Assembly (NCBI GenBank): GCA_019057815.1
Contig: JAHLWR010000018.1
Location: forward strand, 11,328 to 75,327
Source: Candidatus Heimdallarchaeota archaeon
GTDB taxonomy: Archaea; Asgardarchaeota; Heimdallarchaeia; Heimdallarchaeales; Heimdallarchaeaceae
Direction: 5' to 3'
DNA: 64,000 nucleotides
The notes below the pieces were generated by a model. It was not told the origin of the DNA. It did no database searches and saw nothing but the letters and a program-made list of their open reading frames with translations. A program made the position numbers and the translations under genes. Below are positions 58,391 through 64,000 of this stretch, in pieces. Within the stretch, counting starts at the first letter, position 1, and each line of letters starts with the position of its first letter.

Positions 58391-59167
58391 TCATTTGTTA
58401 AAGATTAATTTTAGATAATCAGGGAGTTCTGAAAAACTATCTATAAAAAAATCAGGCTCAACACTTTCTAGAAGGAGTTTTGTGATATCTGGAAACTCGC
58501 TTAAAACAGCTACAGTCTTTACACCAGCATTTTTGCCTGCTACAATATCAGTAATCAAATCTCCTACCATAACAGTATTTTCAGCATTAACTCTTAACTT
58601 CTTCATAGCTGAAACTAGTTGATCTGGGAAAGGTTTTGTAAATTGTACATCATTTCGTGACAAGACATACTCAAATTGATTATATATTTCGGGATACTTT
58701 CGTTTTAAACGTTTAGTAGTATAATTAGAAGCTGTAGTAACTAAAGCTAACCTTAAGCCCATTTTTTTCAGAAGTAATAGTGTTTCTTCAACACCATCTA
58801 AAGGAACAATTTCAAATTTTTTACGAGTGATTACCATCCAAAGCAAGTTAGCATACATTCTATATGTCTGCAATTTTGTTAATCGCCCAATTTCACAGAC
58901 TTTTTTTATTCCACGAAACATGATTCTCCTGTTTCTTCCTCCATGTCCCATAAGTAAAGATGAAGCTTTTTCAATTATAGCTTCCCGATCAAAATTAGGA
59001 TTAATCCTTGAAATTAAGGTTTCAAAAGGTTTGACCCACCTAGCATATAAACTAATTATTACACCGTCCATGTCACAAAGTATAGCATAGTTTCCCCAGT
59101 TAGTGTGGTCATTCATAGGGTTCTCAACTCTAAAGAAAAAAAGTGTATTAAATAGATAGTGGTTCAA
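58391..59167 (-). CDS. HAD-IA hydrolase (phosphoglycolate phosphatase-like)
   Basis: CDMDGV, LVTT, KPFP, MVGD..DI.AG..AG. Confidence 0.88.
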   Translation of the reverse strand: MNHYLFNTLFFFRVENPMNDHTNWGNYAILCDMDGVIISLYARWVKPFETLISRINPNFDREAIIEKASSLLMGHGGRNRRIMFRGIKKVCEIGRLTKLQTYRMYANLLWMVITRKKFEIVPLDGVEETLLLLKKMGLRLALVTTASNYTTKRLKRKYPEIYNQFEYVLSRNDVQFTKPFPDQLVSAMKKLRVNAENTVMVGDLITDIVAGKNAGVKTVAVLSEFPDITKLLLESVEPDFFIDSFSELPDYLKLIFNK

Positions 59168-59169
59168 AA

Positions 59170-62100
59170 CTACCTGAATCTTTTCCTTAGAAGGTACATA
59201 TCTTCCACTAAAGCAAAGATTAGCATAACAGTTTCCTCTTTTGGATACTTAGAAAAGTATTCAAGTATTAAACCTATTGTGACACCTTTGGTTGTTTTTA
59301 CAAAATTGATGATGTTTTGACTATATTGACCAAGTTTAGTAAAGTCTTTTTCTGTTTTCATTGGATTGAGACTTAATGGGTGTAACGTCCAGATAAAGAG
59401 ATCTTCTGCTATAGTCTCATTAATTTGCCCTTCATTACCGATTATCTCATCTAGATTCCCATCCCAAAGAACAGTTAGATGTTTAAATCGTTTCTCAAAC
59501 CATTCGATAAACACAGCCAAACCTTGCATTATGTCTTTTGATATTTCACCAGTACTGAATAAATAAGTACCATAATGCTCACTTGCTGCGCAGGAGACAA
59601 CAAAATCACCATAATCAAGTTTTCTTACACCTTTAGCAGTTCCTCCACTAATCTCTATTCCCATACCTGAAACAGCTTGAAGGAGACCAGTTACAAGAGA
59701 TGAATCTATTGTGGTTTCTCCACTAATATTATACTCATATACTGGAACCCCTGCTTCGGAATAAACAACGATTAACTTTCTCATTGAGATAACACTAGAA
59801 AGCGTTTTTGAAACTTTGTCAAGGTATTGCTTCTTCTTTGAGTATTCTTTCTGCCTTTTTGGTCTTATTACTGCTAAATAGACTGTAAACGATACAAATA
59901 CAATTGCAATCACAGCAAGACCTGCAATCATATATGGAGTAAATTCTGTGAATAACCACTTAATTAGCTTTCCAAAAGCTGGAGATGATGTAAGGGAAGA
60001 CTCTGCAGATGTAGTGGTGGTTGAAGTGATGTCAGGATTATCAGGCTGGAATTCAATATAATATACAACCCTCGATACACCCTTGTCAATAAAGAAGGCG
60101 GTGGATTGCCAAACTAGTGTTCCACCAGAGCCAGTAAAGGTCATGGTTTGATTTCCTTCCCATATCAAATCATCTCCCTTATAGTATTTAACAAAAACAA
60201 TCATCTCACCCTCTGAAGGTTCTGGAACAAGTTTTCCTTCACCACTCATACTTGTTATCATTTCAGATGTTAAATTCTGCATTGTAACAGTAAATTGTAT
60301 TTCTTCTAATTCACGAATATCTCCTTCTACTACGATTAATATGCCATATTCCAACTTCGGATAAATATGAAGATATACGTTCCATATCTGTGATTCACAA
60401 CCATCCTTTGAGAACGTGATTTGTATATGATAAACTTTACCAGCTCCTAAAGCATCAAGAGGATCAATTAAAACATAGTAACGATCAAGAGGTTGTGGGT
60501 CAGGAATGGTCACTATGAGTTCATCTGTACCATTGACTAGTAAAACATCAAGAGTGGCACCACTAACACTAGTATTTTCATTATCAAAATAGTAAATTTC
60601 GAATCTACCTTCTTCATCAGCATAAATGATTATTTCAACATCAGAGCTGATTCCTATTGATGTAGGTCGAATAATAACGTGAAGGTAGATTGTCCATATC
60701 CGTGTTTCAAAACCTGGTTTTGAAAAAGTGATTTGTATTTGATAAGTGTTGCCAGCGCATGTAGCTTCCAAAGGAGCGATCAAAACATAATAACGATCAA
60801 GAGGTTGTGGGTCAGGAATGGTCACTGTGAGTTCCCCTGTACCATTAATTAGTAAAACATCAAGAGTGGCACCGCTAATACTACTTAATGTTTCATCAAA
60901 ATAGTAAATTTCAAAGGTTCCTTCTTCATCACCATAAATAATTATTTCAGTATCAGAACTGGCACCAATAGAGGTAGGATGAATAATAACGTGTAAGTAT
61001 ACTGTCCAAGTCTGATTAGCATAACCAGCTTTAAAGAAAGTAAGTTGGATTTCATAAACATTTCCAGCAGTTGAGGCACTTATAGGAGTGAAAATAACAT
61101 AATAACGGTCAGAAGGTTGAGAGCCAGGAAGAGAAGGAGTTATCTCATCAGTTCCGTTGATTAACAGAATATCGATGGATGCATCACTAATGTTGTTCAA
61201 TGCTTCATCAAGATAGAAAATCTCAAAAGTTCCCTCTTCATCGAAGTATATGGTTATATCGACATCAGAGCTGATTCCTATCGAAGTAGGATGAATAATA
61301 ACATGTAAGTATACTGTCCAAGTCTGATTAGCATAACCAACTTTAGAGAAAGTAAGTTGGATTTCATAAACATTGCCAGCAGTTGAAGCACTTGTAGGAG
61401 TGAAAATAACATTATACCATTCAGAAGGTTGAGAACCAGGAAGAGAAGGTGTTATCTCACCAGTTCCGTTGATTAACAAAATATCTATGGATGCACCGCT
61501 AATGTTGTTCAATGCTTCATCAAGATACTGAATCCTGAAAATACCATCTTCATCAACATAAATGGATATATCAGTATCAGAACTGACACCTATAGAGGTA
61601 GGATGAACAATAACATGTAAGTATACTGTCCAAGTCTGATTAGCATAACCAGCCTTAGAGAAAGTAAGTTGGATTTCATAAACATTACCAACAGTTGAAG
61701 CAGTTATAGTGGTAAACTTCACTTGATAACGGTCAAAAAGTTGAGAACCAGGAAGAGAAGATATCTCTCCAGTACCATTAACTAGCAAAACATCTATGGA
61801 TGCATCGGAAATGAAAGTTAATGCATCATCGAGATAGAAAATCTCAAAAGTTCCCTCTTCATCGAAGTAAATGGTTATATCAGCATCAGAACTGGCACCA
61901 ATAGAGGTAGGATGAATAATAACGTGTAAGTATACTGTCCAAGTCTGATTAGCATAACCAGCTTTAAAGAAAGTAAGTTGGATTTCATAAACATTTCCAG
62001 CAGTTGAGGCACTTATAGGAGTGAAAATAACATAATAACGGTCAGAAGGTTGAGAGCCAGGAAGAGAAGGAGTTATCTCATCAGTTCCGTTGATTAACAG

Positions 62101-64000
62101 AATATCGATGGATGCATCACTAATGTTGTTCAATGCTTCATCGAGATAGAAAATCTCGAAGGTTCCATCTTCATCGAAGTATATGGTTATGTCAGTATCA
62201 GAACTGGCACCAATAGAGGTAGGATGAATAATAACATGTAAGTATACTGTCCAAGTCTGATTAGCATAACCAGCTTTAAAGAAAGTAAGTTGGATTTCAT
62301 AAACATTTCCAGCAGTTGAGGCACTTATAGGAGTGAAAATAACATAATAACGGTCAGAAGGTTGAGAGCCAGGAAGAGAAGGAGTTATCTCATCAGTTCC
62401 GTTGATTAACAGAATATCGATGGATGCACCGCTAACACTATTCAATAATTCATCAAGATAGAAAATCTCGAAGGTTCCATCTTCATCGAAGTAAATGGTT
62501 ACATCAGTATCAGAGCTGATTCCTATCGATGTAGGTTGAATGTTAACATGAATTTCTATTAAAATTGTTTGATTTTTGTAACCATACTTACTCAAAGTAA
62601 TCTCGAAAATAAACCAATACGTAACATTTTGTGCAATGGGATCAAAAATAATTTCATATATGGTACCTGTAACAATACCAGATTGAATATCAAAGTATAA
62701 ATTGACATTTAGAGAACTATTGTCTCCCGCCAATATATATGCAATATTTGCATTTTCAATCAATACAATGTCTACCAAATCAGTAAAATTTAGCCAAACT
62801 GTCACTGTATCAGTAGCATAAGTGTCAATAATCGTGCTAGGAAGATTGGTAATATCAATAGATGTTTCTCTTTCAACAATGGTAATGTAAACTGTATATT
62901 CTTGGGGTAAATAACCGGGTTCTACAACCTGTATAACTAACTCATATCTTCCCAATGTTTGGATATTTGCTATTGTAATGGTAGTTATGTTACCATCGTA
63001 AGCAACAGAAGGTGTAGCAATAGTTGTCAGGTTACCAGAAAAACTGACTTCAGGAGACGTGATATTAACAAAACTGATATTATCCCAATAAATAATTTGA
63101 TAGGATTCTCCAAAATCATAGTAAATTGTACTATCGCTATTTCCGATAAACTCCCCGTCGGTGTAAATAAATTGGAGTTGGATGAAAATTGATACAGTAG
63201 AAGCAAAATAACCGTCTTTTGATAGAGTTATGGTTATATTCAACCATTCTACGGTATAATCGTTATTGATGAAAGTAACATTATATTCCCCGTTACCAAG
63301 CGAAATAATTTCAATGAAAATATAATCGCTTGAATTTATTAGAAACAGTGTAATTTCTCCTGTATCGATAAATTCACCATGAGTAGAATCATTAAATCTT
63401 ACAACGACGGTTGTATTATACCCAATGAAGGAGTTCTCAGGAGTTTCGTCAGTCATTTCTTCCAGAGATGTAGAAATAGTGTTTACATGGATTATTCCTA
63501 AAGTATACTCTTCGATTGTTTGATAATTAGATAGTGTAATATTGAGCTTAACTTCTATTCCGATGATGGATGGATCAGTGAGGGTTACATCAACATAATA
63601 AGTATCAGAAACACGATAAATACTTAAAATTACTCCAGAGGATATATTGGAATATACTGCAAAACCATCAGTAACTAAATCAACAGTGTGATCTGTATCA
63701 GTGTATTTGAAAGAGAAGGATGTTATTGTATGATCAACATAGATATTGAGATCAGATGTTAACGAAGTAATTGCAGTTATGGGTGCGGTTATGGTTAAAT
63801 CGTAAGTTACTGTTGCATTGATTTGTGTATAATCAGCTTGATAGTTTAGAATATTTATTGAAATAGAAATATTATAGTTGCCTATAGCTAAATCGTTTGT
63901 TGAAGTATCTACATCTAACAACCACAGCTCTGATGCACCTTGATATGTAAAAGTATAATCAGTATTTACAATTAAATCAAAATTGTCAGTTTGATTATAT
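59170..64000 (-). CDS. Very large surface glycoprotein: Ig-like repeats, single TM, cytoplasmic longin-like domain and winged-helix-like tail (5' end outside the window)
   Basis: The frame stays open from 63921 to the window edge; TM YMIAGLAVIAIVFVSFTVYLAVI followed by RPKRQK; LIVVYSEAGVPVY..DSSLVTGLLQAV..GIE longin signature. Confidence 0.85.
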   Translation of the reverse strand, partial: YNQTDNFDLIVNTDYTFTYQGASELWLLDVDTSTNDLAIGNYNISISINILNYQADYTQINATVTYDLTITAPITAITSLTSDLNIYVDHTITSFSFKYTDTDHTVDLVTDGFAVYSNISSGVILSIYRVSDTYYVDVTLTDPSIIGIEVKLNITLSNYQTIEEYTLGIIHVNTISTSLEEMTDETPENSFIGYNTTVVVRFNDSTHGEFIDTGEITLFLINSSDYIFIEIISLGNGEYNVTFINNDYTVEWLNITITLSKDGYFASTVSIFIQLQFIYTDGEFIGNSDSTIYYDFGESYQIIYWDNISFVNITSPEVSFSGNLTTIATPSVAYDGNITTITIANIQTLGRYELVIQVVEPGYLPQEYTVYITIVERETSIDITNLPSTIIDTYATDTVTVWLNFTDLVDIVLIENANIAYILAGDNSSLNVNLYFDIQSGIVTGTIYEIIFDPIAQNVTYWFIFEITLSKYGYKNQTILIEIHVNIQPTSIGISSDTDVTIYFDEDGTFEIFYLDELLNSVSGASIDILLINGTDEITPSLPGSQPSDRYYVIFTPISASTAGNVYEIQLTFFKAGYANQTWTVYLHVIIHPTSIGASSDTDITIYFDEDGTFEIFYLDEALNNISDASIDILLINGTDEITPSLPGSQPSDRYYVIFTPISASTAGNVYEIQLTFFKAGYANQTWTVYLHVIIHPTSIGASSDADITIYFDEEGTFEIFYLDDALTFISDASIDVLLVNGTGEISSLPGSQLFDRYQVKFTTITASTVGNVYEIQLTFSKAGYANQTWTVYLHVIVHPTSIGVSSDTDISIYVDEDGIFRIQYLDEALNNISGASIDILLINGTGEITPSLPGSQPSEWYNVIFTPTSASTAGNVYEIQLTFSKVGYANQTWTVYLHVIIHPTSIGISSDVDITIYFDEEGTFEIFYLDEALNNISDASIDILLINGTDEITPSLPGSQPSDRYYVIFTPISASTAGNVYEIQLTFFKAGYANQTWTVYLHVIIHPTSIGASSDTEIIIYGDEEGTFEIYYFDETLSSISGATLDVLLINGTGELTVTIPDPQPLDRYYVLIAPLEATCAGNTYQIQITFSKPGFETRIWTIYLHVIIRPTSIGISSDVEIIIYADEEGRFEIYYFDNENTSVSGATLDVLLVNGTDELIVTIPDPQPLDRYYVLIDPLDALGAGKVYHIQITFSKDGCESQIWNVYLHIYPKLEYGILIVVEGDIRELEEIQFTVTMQNLTSEMITSMSGEGKLVPEPSEGEMIVFVKYYKGDDLIWEGNQTMTFTGSGGTLVWQSTAFFIDKGVSRVVYYIEFQPDNPDITSTTTTSAESSLTSSPAFGKLIKWLFTEFTPYMIAGLAVIAIVFVSFTVYLAVIRPKRQKEYSKKKQYLDKVSKTLSSVISMRKLIVVYSEAGVPVYEYNISGETTIDSSLVTGLLQAVSGMGIEISGGTAKGVRKLDYGDFVVSCAASEHYGTYLFSTGEISKDIMQGLAVFIEWFEKRFKHLTVLWDGNLDEIIGNEGQINETIAEDLFIWTLHPLSLNPMKTEKDFTKLGQYSQNIINFVKTTKGVTIGLILEYFSKYPKEETVMLIFALVEDMYLLRKRFR
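60360..62540 (-). repeat. Seven tandem ~312-bp (104-aa) intragenic repeats
   Basis: PTSIG anchor codons at 60659, 60971, 61283, 61595, 61904, 62216 and 62528; long near-identical DNA stretches. Confidence 0.95.

Noticed and set aside
2837-63192. Many 60-150 aa ORFs overlapping larger genes (e.g. 2837, 9743, 11651, 13148, 31243, 36799, 52453, 62959)
   Set aside because: Antisense or alternative-frame shadows with Ser/Phe/Ile-biased composition and no motifs

Overview
AT-rich (roughly 30% GC by eye), gene-dense archaeal chromosomal segment. The gene content points to an Asgard archaeon, most likely Heimdallarchaeia (inference): roadblock and longin domains, a JAMM/MPN+ protease, a PCI-like/RING protein and a eukaryote-like primase. 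It carries core genes (tfb, sepF, alaS, priS/priL, dinB, xpd, kae1, bud32, glnA, cofE-like/folP, pheS/pheT) and partial large surface proteins at both edges: an S8 protease and a repeat-rich membrane protein with a cytoplasmic longin domain. Best candidate new system: a ~7 kb cluster (7.5-14.6 kb) of paralogous proteins with an apparent longin-linker-roadblock architecture, plus a stand-alone roadblock, an acidic repeat-rich possible scaffold and a membrane zinc-ribbon protein. Other highlights: a protein with eight PCI-like winged helices and a RING finger; a tail-anchored JAMM protease next to a kinase; a ubiquitin-like protein with a masked GG; an H-protein lacking the lipoyl lysine; a radical SAM gene wedged between the KEOPS genes; a dual-guide C/D sRNA; and a GC-rich candidate ncRNA with SSU rRNA complementarity. 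No tRNA, rRNA, CRISPR array or intact transposase was recognised. All family calls come from motif recognition by eye, not database searches.
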